Shown here: positions 12,623-24,000 of the stretch, in pieces
Position numbering within the stretch: position 1 is the first letter of the stretch
Layout of the letters: the number at the start of each line of letters is the position of its first letter
Source of the DNA: Narcine bancroftii
Taxonomy: Eukaryota
NCBI RefSeq assembly: GCF_036971445.1
Contig: NC_091469.1
Location: 268,522,001 to 268,586,000, forward strand
Direction of reading: 5' to 3'
Length of the DNA stretch: 64,000 nt
Position numbers and translations under genes: made by a program
Notes under the pieces: model-generated
Databases searched by the model: none
What the model saw: only the letters and a program-made list of their open reading frames with translations
Told to the model about the DNA's origin: nothing

Positions 12623-14125
12623 GGGTGTAGGCAGGGCCCCCGTGTCTACTCCATTGAGATACGGCGGATACACGGGGACCCACGGCCCTACATACCATTA
12701 ATAGTCCATTGGGGTGGGGATAATGACCCCCAATATTTGGCCTTGGTCGATACCGGTGCGGAGCACTCGGTGATTCCAGGTAACCCTGACCTCTGGACTG
12801 GACCAACATTTCGAATAGAGGGGATGGGAGGAGCGATCACCCTGGCGAAGGAAATAAAAGTCTGCGCCACGGTGGGTGATGGCCCTTCCCCTATATGGTT
12901 ACATGCCTTGGTGGCTGCCACTGACGAGTGTATCCTGGGTATTAATATGTTGGCCGGTACGGCCCTTAATACTAACCAAGGGAGATTTGCATTTGGAATT
13001 CGGACTATTACTAAAAGACTAGTGGTGAGTTGGGCTAAGTGGGACCCTGTGATGGTGCCTCCCCCCCAAAACCAGTGTGCATTCCATAATATCGCCTCCC
13101 TGGGGGGCAGGAAGAGATTACTGCCACCATCGATGCTCTGCAAGAAGAAGGGGTAGTGAAGCCCACAACGTCACCCTTTAATAGCCCTGTTTGGCCGGTT
13201 CAGAAGCCGGACGGCTCCTGGAGAATGACAGTTGACTATCGTTTTTTGAACAAACATGCCCCACCACTTGCTTTGGCAATTCCGGACATTGTTACCCTTA
13301 TTGAAAACATTGCTACTGGGAACTCAGGAACATGGTATGCTGTCATTGATCTCGCTAATGCCTTCTTCAGTATTCTTATAGATGAGGTCTCACAGGATCA
13401 GTTCGCCTTTACCTGGAAGGGGCGCCAGTATACCTTCACCCGCCTCCCTCAGGACTATGTACACTCTCCCACTATTTGCCACAGCCTAATTGCCCGTGAT
13501 TTGGAGGCGGTGCCAGTATCACCTTCCCTCTCAATTCACCATTATATTGATAATGTGATGATCCAAGGGGCCACAGAAGAGATGGTACAGGAAGGTATGG
13601 AGAGTGTCCAAGATACCCTGATGCAAAGAGGGTGGGCCATTAACCCCGCCAAGGTACAGGGCCCGTCCCAGACAGTTATCTTCCTTGGAATTCAGTGGCG
13701 TGCTGGAGAACAGGTGGTTCCCGATAAAGTTCGCAATAAGATCGCAGTCTTGGCCACTCCTACTAACAAAAAAGAGACCCAGCATTTCCTGGGGTTATTG
13801 GGATACTGGTGATGCCATATTCCACACTTGGCATTGCTTTTACGTCCTCTATATAAGGTTACCCGAAAGAAAACAGACTTTGTATGGGGTGGCGATCAAG
13901 AAAGGGCGTTCCAGTCTGCCAAGCAGGCTATTCTTCAGGCCCTGCTCCCCGCATCCCAGATACCCCCTACGAACTACAGGTCTCCGATACTGATGATATG
14001 GCATCCTGGAGCCTCTGGCAGAAACAAGAGGGCCGCCGAGTCCCACTGGGATTCTGGTCACGTACCATGCCTGAGGCTGCCACTCGTCATTCTGCTTTTG
14101 AACAACAGTTACTAGCCTGCTACTG
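12623..14125 (+). pseudogene. pol: ERV pro-pol (protease, RT, start of RNase H), disrupted and truncated
   Basis: DPRPYI..ALVDTGA in frame with gag. The RT catalytic motif reads YIDN. There is no integrase or env. Confidence 0.88.
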
Positions 14126-14361
14126 GCATCTCTTGACCTCATGGTGGAAGTTGGATAATGTCTACTGATTCATATGCATCCCTGGGCCCCATAGTGTCAA
14201 TTTAGATAATGTCTTCCTATTCAACTGCATCCTGGGCCCCATGGAGGAATTTAGGTGTGTCTACTAAATATGCATTCTGGGCCTGATAGTGGAATTGAGA
14301 TTATGTCTTCTGATGCAACTGCATCCCTTCTTTCATAAGCTCGTCTAAATCCTCCATTACA
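14126..14361 (-). repeat. Inverted copy of LTR U3 5' end (10092-10328)
   Basis: The reverse complement aligns over about 236 bp with about 9 differences by manual count. Confidence 0.95.
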
Positions 14362-15033
14362 GTATTACAAGACAATATGGATAAGTCGGAATGGGAGAAA
14401 TCTAAGCTTAAATAGGAAAATGATATAGCTTTTGTTTTTCCTGAAGATTATTGGGTAGATATGTGTCATGACAGTGTTACTAAAATGACAAATGTACGGT
14501 ATGGAATGGTTAATTATAACTTTTTACATCAATTGTATTTAACACCACAGAAATTGAAAAAATATGGTTTTAGTAATTCGGATTCTTGTTTTAGATGTGT
14601 ATGTACTGGAACTTTTTTACATGCTGTCTGGTCTTGTATGTATGTACAACCATTCTGGGATGAAATTAAGTTAATTTTGGAAAAATTATATAATTTTAAG
14701 TTACCATTAGATCCATCTATTTTTTTTAATGGGTTATATGATTCCTTTAAGGGAATTAGGGTTGGATAAATTTCAAATTACATTTATATATTTAGCATTG
14801 TCTGTAGCTCGAAAATGTGTAGCAAGTACATGGAAAGGTAATATAGTGATTAATATAATGCAATGGCATAATGAATTGAAAGCTTGTATTGTTATGGGAA
14901 AAAATTACACATAATATACATGACAATTATTCTTTTTTTGTTAATAAGTGGTTATCATATTTGGAATATAGGCATTTAGATATATTTTGATTTATTATAT
15001 ACTTTTAGTTTCTGTTTATATATTTTTATCTCT

Positions 15034-15826
15034 TGTCGGACTCTGTCTTTACCCTACCCTCAATTTAGTCTATGTGTCGTTTGAGTCCAGCGTGCTCGGT
15101 GAATGAAGTAATAGGAGAAGGTATTCGGTTTAACAATCACAGCACAAAAATAAAGCTTAACAGAGCTCAGGTTCAGTCGTTAGTTCATAGGTCACCTGCA
15201 CAGTGAGCTATTCCCCAAGACTGACTCCTACTGTCCAGTCTCTTCTGTTTATATAGATCAACATTATTACACTGAACAAAAGTTGGCTTTCTTTGCTAGA
15301 TTCCTTGCATAAGATTTATCTCAAGCAATTTCCTGCTCTGCAGTTATCTAGGGTGTAGACCTCCCATCTTAATCCTCAAGGCCAGAACATCCTGTTGTCT
15401 TGATCAGAAATCAATTCTTACCCCATATATTTTTAATTATTTCTTTGTACTCATCTGGCCATAGCCTTCTGTTCTACTCAACACCTCCTTATGCCTTCCT
15501 ACTGAATTGGTTTATACATTTTCTTTGTCTCCGACTTTCTCAGTCATGGTACTCTTTGTTCTCGTTTGGCCATAGTCTTCTGTTCTACTCAACACCTCCT
15601 CAAGTCTTAGCATTCCTCCTAGATTGGTTCATACATTTTCTCTCTTTTGTGTTTGGAGACAGCAAATTCTGCACGTACTATACTCTGCCAACTTTGCTAC
15701 ATACTGTGGCTGTTACTTAATTGCTTGAAGTAAATAGTAAATTGTTACATAGTACTGGATTAATGAATACATAATGAATAGTACATAGGCATATTTTCTA
15801 TGATTACTTAACCCTTGGTTCCAACA
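15034..15826 (-). mobile_element. Solo LTR (ERV1-like) in the L1 3' UTR
   Basis: Minus strand TGTTGG...CCGACA, 4-bp TSD CTCT; homologous to 16468-17495. Confidence 0.85.
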
Positions 15827-16467
15827 CTCTCCTTAAGAGAGTTGGCTGATGAAGTGAGAAGGTGGTGGGGATTTAATTTTTTTTCTTTAGTTGTCTTGTT
15901 TTTTTTTTTTGTTTTTTTTTTAATGTATATTCATAAAATGTTCTTCATGGAATGTATCTTGTATTATTATTAATTATTTTTCAAATAAATAAAGTTTAAA
16001 AAAAAAAGATTATTGCCGATGCCAGGAGCTAGTCAGATTAGAAATAGCAGGATAGTTAGAATGAATATGTGCCTTGAACAGTAGTGCAGGAGGGAGGGTT
16101 TCAGTTTCTTGAGGCATTGGAAGTGGTTCTGGGGCAGATGGGACCGGTACAAACCAGACTGCCTACATCTGGACAGGGTGGGATCAATGTCCTAGGGCAG
16201 TAGTTCTCAACCTTTTTCTTTCCACTCACATACCACTTTAAGTAATCCCTATGCCATAAGTGCTCTGTGATTAGTAAGGAATTGCTTAAGGTGGTATGTG
16301 AGTGGGAAGGAAGGCTGAGAACCACTGCTCGAGACCCAATTTTTACTGAAATATTTTGCTTGAGAAAAATTGTCATTGGCCCATTTCCTTTGGAGTTGTG
16401 AAACCGTGCACATAACGAGTCAATTAGGTACAATTTAAACAGTGGTTTTCAACCTTTTTCTTTCTAC

Positions 16468-17495
16468 TGTTGGAATCTAGGGGTGAAAACATTATGAAAT
16501 AAATGATTAATTAATAAGTGTATATTTACTGCATGGTTCAGGGGAAAAGAGGAATGTGATTAAGTGGCAATCACAGCATGGAGCAAAGTTGGCTGAGCAA
16601 AATTGTCTGCTCCAAAATTGTTCTTTGGCTTGGCTTCGCGGACAAAGATTTATGGAGGGGGTAAAAAGTCCACGTCAGCTGCAGGCTCGTTTGTGGCTGA
16701 CAAGTCCGATGCGGGACAGGCAGACACGATTGCAGCGGTTGCAGGGGAAAATTGGTTGGTTGGGGTTAGGTGTTGGGTTTTTCCTCCTTTGCCTTTTGTC
16801 AGTGAGGTGGGCTCTGCGGTCTTCTCCAAAATACAGGGAGAGGAAATGCATAAAACGATTTAGGAGGAATGCTCAAACTAAAGGAGGTGGTGAGTAGCAC
16901 AGGAGACACAGGCCAGATCAGAACAAAGAATGGCCTGCAAGAAACAAAGGGAATGGAAAACCAGTCTAGGAGGAAGATTAAGGCAGGAGGAGGTGTTAAA
17001 GAGAACAGCAGAAATTGGCCAGACAAGAACAGAATGGTGATTAGAAATATCTGGGGATGAATTAATTTCTGATCAACACAACAGCTTAGTCTGGCCTGGA
17101 GGATTAAGATGGGAGTGCTACACCCCAGATATCTGCAAAACAGGAGATGACTGGTGATAACCCTTATGCAAAAAGATCTAGCAAAGGAAGACAACTTTTG
17201 TTCTGTATGATAATGAAATCTAGCAAAGGAAGCCAACTTTTGTTCTGTATGATAAGGTTGATCTATATAAACTGAGCCAACTGGACAATAGGGGTCAGTC
17301 TTGGGGAGTAGCTCACTGTGCAGGTGACCTATGAACTAATGACTGACCCAGAGCTCTGTTAAGTTTTATTCTTGTGCTGTGTAATAAACTGACTGTTGAA
17401 CCGAATACCTTCTCCTATCACTTCATTCAAAGAACACGCTGGACTCAGACTACACATAGACTAAATTAAGAGTAAGGTAAAGCCAGAGTCCGACA
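16468..17495 (+). mobile_element. Solo LTR (ERV1-like) containing an RTE fragment
   Basis: TGTTGG...CCGACA, TATA near 17265, AATAAA near 17383, 4-bp TSD CTAC. Confidence 0.85.
16619..16826 (-). mobile_element. RTE 3' fragment
   Basis: Near-identical to the other RTE 3' ends; flanked by a ctccaaaat duplication. Confidence 0.88.
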
Positions 17496-20447
17496 CTACC
17501 CACATACCACCTTAATCCCTTACTAATTACAGAGCACCTATGGCATAGGGAATACTTAAAGTGGTATGTGGGTGCAAAGAAAAAGGGTTGAGAACCACAG
17601 TCCTAGGGAGATTGTTTGCTACTGATATTGGGGAAGGTTTAAACTAATGGGACTTACAAAGAAAGAATGGGGAAGGTGATACACAGACCAAAGCTAGAGT
17701 TAGGAAAAAGAAAAAGGAAAATAGAGGGCCGAAACATCAAAAGCAAAGGACACCGAGCCCACTAGATTCTAAAAGGACAATGAGCATAAGGGCAGTTTTT
17801 CTGAATGCCCGTAGGATTAGAAACAAAGTAAGTGAACTTGAGACATATATCAGTCCCCAGGCATATGATTTAGTGACAAACAGAGAAACATGGTGGCAAG
17901 ATGGTCATGATTAGGAATTAAACTTTCAAGGGTATCAGGTAGTATGAAAAGATAGACAGGATGGTAAAGATGGTAGGGTGGTGCTCTTAATCAAGGTTAA
18001 GATCAGGGCAATAGTGAGAGATGATATAAGATCTAAGGAACAAAATGTTGAGTTCATTTGGGTAGAGATTAAGAATAATAAAGGGGAAAAAAATCACTTG
18101 TGAGGGTTGTCCATTGTAAACCAAATCACAATAGAACAGTGGCACAGGCAATTAACCGAGAGATAACTGAGGCATGTAAAAATGGAAAGGCAGTTGGGGC
18201 GGGGGCGAGGGGTGGGGGGGGCTATAACCTCCATGTCGATTGGGAAAACCTTGTTGGTCAATGGAGTCTGGATAATGACTTCAAAGAATGCATCCATGAT
18301 AGCTTTCTTGAGCAGCACATTAAGGAACCAACAAGGGATAATGCTATTTTAGATCTAGTATTTGCAATGAGATAGGTAAAATTAACAATCTAGTCGTTAG
18401 GGACCCTCTTGGAAAAAGCGATCATAGTATGATTAAATTTCTCATACAGATGGAGTGTGCAATAGTTAGATCTAAAACTAGTTTATTATTCTTGAAAAGG
18501 GGAGACTGCAACATGATGGGGAAGGAACTGTGGGTGAACTGTACGAGGAACTGTATCAGATGGGAGAGATATTAAATAATTTTTTTTCTCATCTGTGTTC
18601 ATGAAGGAAAAGGACATCAGACTATGTGAGATAAAAGAGGCAAATAGCTTAGTTATGGAAAAGATAGGGATTAGTAAAGAGAGGGGTTTGGAGCTTCTAG
18701 AGTCAGTAAAAGTGGATAAGTCTCCTGGTCCTGATGGGATTTTCCCCAGGATGTTAAGGGAGGTCAGGGAGCAAATAGCGGAGCCACTGTCAGTGATTTT
18801 TAAAGATCACTGGAAGAGGGTGTGATGCCACGGGTTTGGAGGGTTGCTAATGTAGTTCCATTGTTTAAAAAAGGCATGAGGTGTCGGCCAAGTAATTATA
18901 GGCCTGTAAGCTTGACTTCAGTGGTAGGGAAAGTTATGGAGGGTATTCTTAGAGATGGTGTGTATGAATATCTGGATAAGCAGGGATTGATCAGGAGCAC
19001 CCAGCATGGGTTTGTGAAGAAGTTGTGTTTGACGAACCTTGTTGAGTTTTTCGAAGAAGTAACAAGAAAGGCGGATGAAGGTTGGGCAGTTAATGTAGTC
19101 TATCTGGATTTTAGCAAAGCTTTTGATAAGGTTCCACATGAAAGGTTAGTAAGGAAGGTTCAGTCACAAGGGATTAATAGAGAAATAGAAAGATGGGTCC
19201 AAAGGTGGCTTGAGGAGAGACAACAGAGGGTCAGAGTGGACAACTGTCTGTCAGGATGGAAGCCTGTTGTTCATAATTAATATTAATGATTTGGATGATG
19301 GGGTGGTTAACTGGGTTAGTAAATACACAAACAATACAAAAATAGGGATAGCGAGGAAGGTTTTCAGGGATTACAGAGGAATTTGGTTTGGAGAGTTGGG
19401 CTGAAAGATGGCAGATGGAATTTCATGTAGAGAAGTGTGAGGTGCTTCATTTTCGTAAAAATAATCGAAATAGGACATGTGTAGTAAAGGGGAGAACATT
19501 GGGGAATGCACAAGTACAAAGAGATCTTGGAGTTATGGTGCAGGGTTCCTTGAAGGTGGATTCTCACGTTGACAGAGTGGTTAAGAAGGCATTTGGAATG
19601 CTGGCCTTCATAAATCATAGCATAGAGTATCGGAGCTGGGAAGTGATGTTGCGACTGTTTAAGGCATTAGTGAAGCCAAGTTTGGAGTATTGTGTTCAGT
19701 TCTGGTCTCCAAATTATAGGAAGGATATAGATAAGGTGGAAAGGGTGCATAGAAGATTTACAAGGATGATGTCTGGCTTAAAATGCCTAGAGTACAGAGA
19801 AAGATTGAAGAAGTTAGGACTTTATTCCTTGGAATGTAGACAGTTGAGAGGGGATTTGATAGAGGTGTTTAAAATTATGAAGGGAATAGATAGACTAGAT
19901 GCAAGTAAACTCTCCCCTCTGAGAGCAGGGGAATTTGAAACGAGGACATTAGTTGAGGGTAAGGGGGCCAAATTTTAGGAGAAATATTAGAGGATGGTTC
20001 TTCACTCAGAGAATGGCGGCTGAATGGAATAATCTTCTGGAGGAAATAGTTGAGGCAGAGTTAATTCTTTCATTTAAGAGGAGGCTGAATATATACATGG
20101 ATAAGAGGGGGTTAGAGGGTTATGGGAGGAGAATAGGTGAGGGGAGCTAGCGGAGTTGTTTGAGTAAACTGGCGTGCACTTGTAGAGCTGAGATGGCCTG
20201 TTTCCATCCCATAAACTGTTATGTGGTTAAAAATTTTTTTTTTAATTGGTCAGCATGGACTGGGAGCAGAGGCCAGTTGGCAGAACAATTGAGGAACAGT
20301 GGAAGACTTTCAAAGATTTTTCAGTGCTCAACAAAAATATAATCCGATTAAAAAAAATAAGGGTAGTAAGAGAGGGAAGAGTCAGCCTTGGTTAACAAAA
20401 TCATTCTGGAAATTGGTAAAAATATCTTAAAAATTCATGTTTAATTA

Positions 20448-20672
20448 CAGTAAAACCCCTAGTATCCAGCACCTATGGGGATTGGTAGATGCTGAATAAG
20501 TGAATTCTCTGGTTACTCGAGATTGCATGTTGCACGATTGGTGAACTGACCACTACTTGTGTCAATTTTAAACTTTCTTATTTTTTACCTGCAGTATTTA
20601 TTTTCTGTTGTATTTTTGCTAGTTGCTGGGGGCTGCCTGTTGCTTGAAATCCAGATAATGTGGATTATACTG
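20448..20672. mobile_element. TcMar/Tigger-like MITE remnant
   Basis: ta|CAGTAAAACCCC...GGATTATACTG imperfect TIRs. Confidence 0.5.
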
Positions 20673-21037
20673 AATTTTAATGCATTGCATTGATGATCAC
20701 TATTATTTTGTTGAATGTGCATTGAGATTGTTGCTGAGACTTTCACAAACAGAAAGTCACCTGAGTTGTTTCCAGGCTTGGAGTTGGATACCAAACAAGG
20801 TTTCAAATGGGCAAAAAATTGGACTGATATCCCAGCAAAAAGGAAGAACACTGCCTCTGAACTTTAGTCTTCTCAGGACTTGGACGTTTGTGACTGTCAC
20901 GCCATGAGTAGCCAAGGATACATCTGAGGCAGTGGAAATGAAATGTGTTAAGGCGGTTTTCTTGCTTTATGTAGTCTCAGATAATTCACCCCTCCTTCCC
21001 CCATTGTACATTACAAAGGTTTTGATGTTGACATGTC

Positions 21038-24000
21038 TTTTTTTTTAGCTTTTTTAAATTTTTTTAAAATTTTTCACACCATAAACCACATTGACCAAGA
21101 TACATACATTTTCCTTTTCAAATATATACAGTGTCGTTTTCTCCCCCCTCCTCTTCCCATCCCACCCTCCCTACCTCCCCTCCCATTCATTTAAAGTACA
21201 GAATCTAAGATACATTAAACCAGTCAAACAATGTTGTTACTCAATAAAAATAAACAAGAAATTCTTCTTTTCATTTCCTTCTCCTTCCATTATCTTAGGT
21301 GGTAGATGTCCCCGGTAGGTTTTCTCTATTGTGTTTCATGTATGACTCCCACATTTGTTCAAATATTTCAATATTATTTCTTAAATTATGTTATTTTTTC
21401 CAATGGAATACATTTATTCATTTCCATATACCATTGCTGCACTCTCAAGCTATCCTCTAATTTCCAGGCTGACATAATACACTTCTTTGCTACGGCTAGA
21501 GCTATCGTAACAAATCTTTTTTGTGCACCATCCAAATCAAGTCCAAATTCTTTGTTTTTTATGTTACTTAAGAGGAAGATCTCTGGGTTTTTTGGTATAT
21601 TGTTTTCTGTAATTTTATTTAATATCTGGTTTAGATCTTCCCAACATTTTTTCACTTTCACACATGTCCAGATTGCATGAATTGTTGTTCCCATTTCTTT
21701 TTTACCACGAAAACATCTGTCAGATACTGTTGGGTCCCATTTTTTAACTTTTGAGGTGTAATGTATAGCCTGTGTATCCAGTTATATTGTATCATACGTA
21801 ACCTTGTGTTTATTGTATTTCTCATAGTTCCAGAGCATAACTTCTCCCATGTTTCATTCTTTATCTTTATGTTTAAATCTTGTTCCCATTTTTGTTTAGT
21901 TTTACCATTTGTTTCCTCATTCTCCTTTTTCTTGCAGTTTAATATACATATTTGTTATAAATTTTTTGATTATCATTGTATCTGTAATCACATATTCAAA
22001 ATTACTTCCCTCTGGTAACCTCAGACTGCTTCCCAATTTGTCCTTCAAGTGGGATCTCAGTTGGTAGTATGCCAACACTGTATTTTGAGTTATATTATAT
22101 TTATCCTTCATTTGTTCAAAGGATAGTAATTTATTTCCTGAAAAACAATTTTCTATTCTTTTGATCCCTTTTTTCTCCCATTCTCTAAAGGAAAGATTAT
22201 CTATTCTAAAAGGTATTAACTGATTTTGCGTCAGTATTAGTTTGGTAATTGGTAATTTGTTTTATTCCTTTCTACATGAATCTTCTTCCAAATATTGAGC
22301 AGATGCTGTAATACTGGAGAATTCCTACGTTGTACCAATTTTTCATCCCATTTATATAATATATGTTCAGGTATCTTCTCCCCTATTTTATCTAGTTCTA
22401 ATCTAGTCCAATCTGGCTTTTCCCTTGTTTGATAAAAATCTGATAGGTGTCTTAATTGTGCGGCTCTATAATATTTTTTTAAAGTTTGGCAGTTGTAAGC
22501 CTCCTTGTTTATACCATTCTGTTAATTTATCTCGTGCTATCCTCGGTTTCCCCCCTTTCCATAAAAATTTCCTTATTCTTTTCTTTAACTCCTTGAAGAA
22601 TTTCTCTGTCAAGTGTATTGGCAATGCCTGAAATAGCTATTGTATCCTTGGGAAAATGTTCATTTTAATACAGTTTATCCTTCCTATTAGTGTTAGTCAT
22701 AAATCTTTCCAATGCTCTAAGTTGTCCTGTAATTTTTTTCATTAGTGGATAATAATTGAATTTATATAGATGGCCAAGGTTTTTATTTATTTGTATACCT
22801 AGGTATCTTATTGCTTGCATTTGCCATCTGAATGGTGATTCTTTCTTAAATTTTGAGAAATCCGCATTATTCATTGGCATTGCTTCACTTTTATTTCCGT
22901 TAATCTTGTAACCCGACACTTCTCCATATTCCTTCAATTTCTTATGTAATTCTTTTATTGATAATTCTGGTTCTGTTAAGTATACTATAACGTCATCTGC
23001 AAATAAACTGATTTTATATTCTCTGTCTTTTATTTTTATCCCTTTTATTTTATTTTCTGTTCTTATCGATTCTGCTAGTGGTTCTATAGCTAACGTGAAC
23101 AATAAGGATGAAAGTGGGCATCCCTGCCTTGTTGATCTGCTTAAGTTAAATTGCTTTGATATATATCCATTTACTGTCACTTTTGCCAATGGCCCCTTAT
23201 ATAATGCTTTAATCCAATTAATATACTTCTCTGGTAAACTGAATTTTTGTAATACTTTGAATAAATAATTCCATTCTACTCTGTCAAAGGCCTTTTCTGC
23301 GTCTGAGGCAACTGCTACTGTTGGCGCTTTACTCCCTTCTACTGCATGAATTAAGTTAATAAATTTACAAATATTGTCTGTTGTTTGTCTTTTTTTAATA
23401 AATCCAGTTTGGTCTAGATTTACTATTTTAGGTACATAGTCGGCTAATCTGTTTGCTAATAGTTTAGCTATTATCTTATAATCTGTGTTAAGTAAAGATA
23501 TTGGTCTATATGACGCTGGTGCGAGTGGATCTTTCCTTGTCTTTGGTATTACTGTAATTATTGCTGTTTTGCATGAATCTGGTAAGCTTTGTGTTTTGTC
23601 AATGTGGTTGATTACTTGGTGTTTTATTATTTGGTAGTTTTTTTTATTATGTCTTGTATTTCTACTATTTCAAATGGTTCTGTTAATTTATTTTGTTCCT
23701 CTATTTGTAATTTTGGTAGTTCAATTTTAGTTAAAAATTCATCTATTTTGTCTTCTTTCCCTTCGTTTTCTGTTTGGTGTAATTGTTCATAGAATTCTCT
23801 GAAGTTTTCATTAATCTCCGTTGGATTATATGTGATTTGTTTGTCTTTTTTCCTTCATGCCAATACCATTCTCTTAGCTTGTTCTGTCTTAAGCTGCCAT
23901 GCTAGAATTTTGTGCGTTTTTTCTACTAGTTCATAATATTTCTGTTTTGTCTTCATTATGTTCTTCTCCACCTTATATGTTTGTAGTATTTCATATTTTA

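Larger units (their letters stand above)
10092..14361 (+). mobile_element. Class III (ERV-S/ERV-L-like) endogenous retrovirus: 5' LTR-PBS-gag-pro-RT, truncated in RNase H and closed by an inverted U3 copy
   Basis: TG...CA ends, 5-bp TSD GTATT (10087-10091, 14362-14366). Protease ALVDTGA, RT SPFNSPVWPVQKPDGSWRMTVDYR / IDLANAFFSI / LPQDYVHSP / YIDN, and EQQLLACYW. Confidence 0.9.
6254..16006 (+). mobile_element. L1/Tx1-clade LINE, 5'-truncated, ORF2 from ATG 6463 with many frameshifts; interrupted by an RTE, an ERV and a solo LTR
   Basis: EN and RT motifs (GKSPGDDGF, YRPISLLNVDYKI, LFADD), poly(A) at about 15998-16006, degenerate 16-bp TSD agattatt(a/g)c(t/c)gatgc at 6238-6253 and 16007-16022. 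The reading SVMYHV|LQDNMDK is restored when 9574-14366 is removed. Confidence 0.88.
16198..17600. mobile_element. hAT/Charlie-type MITE, interrupted by a solo LTR
   Basis: TIR CAGTAGTTCTCAACC...GGTTGAGAACCACAG, 8-bp TSD TCCTAGGG; related copies at about 51840-51961 and 55500-55880. Confidence 0.85.
5230..20230 (+). mobile_element. CR1 LINE, near full length and decayed; the outermost element of a nest (pieces 5230-6253, 16007-16197, 17601-20230)
   Basis: ORF1 SGNH-esterase motifs (AIVIGDSIV..DSQMVCCLLGARV), EN remnants (EPTRDNAILDLV), RT (KSPGPDGI, NYRPVSLTSVVGK, YLDFSKAFDKV), and the CR1 C-terminus (LRGDLIEVFKIM). Confidence 0.85.
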
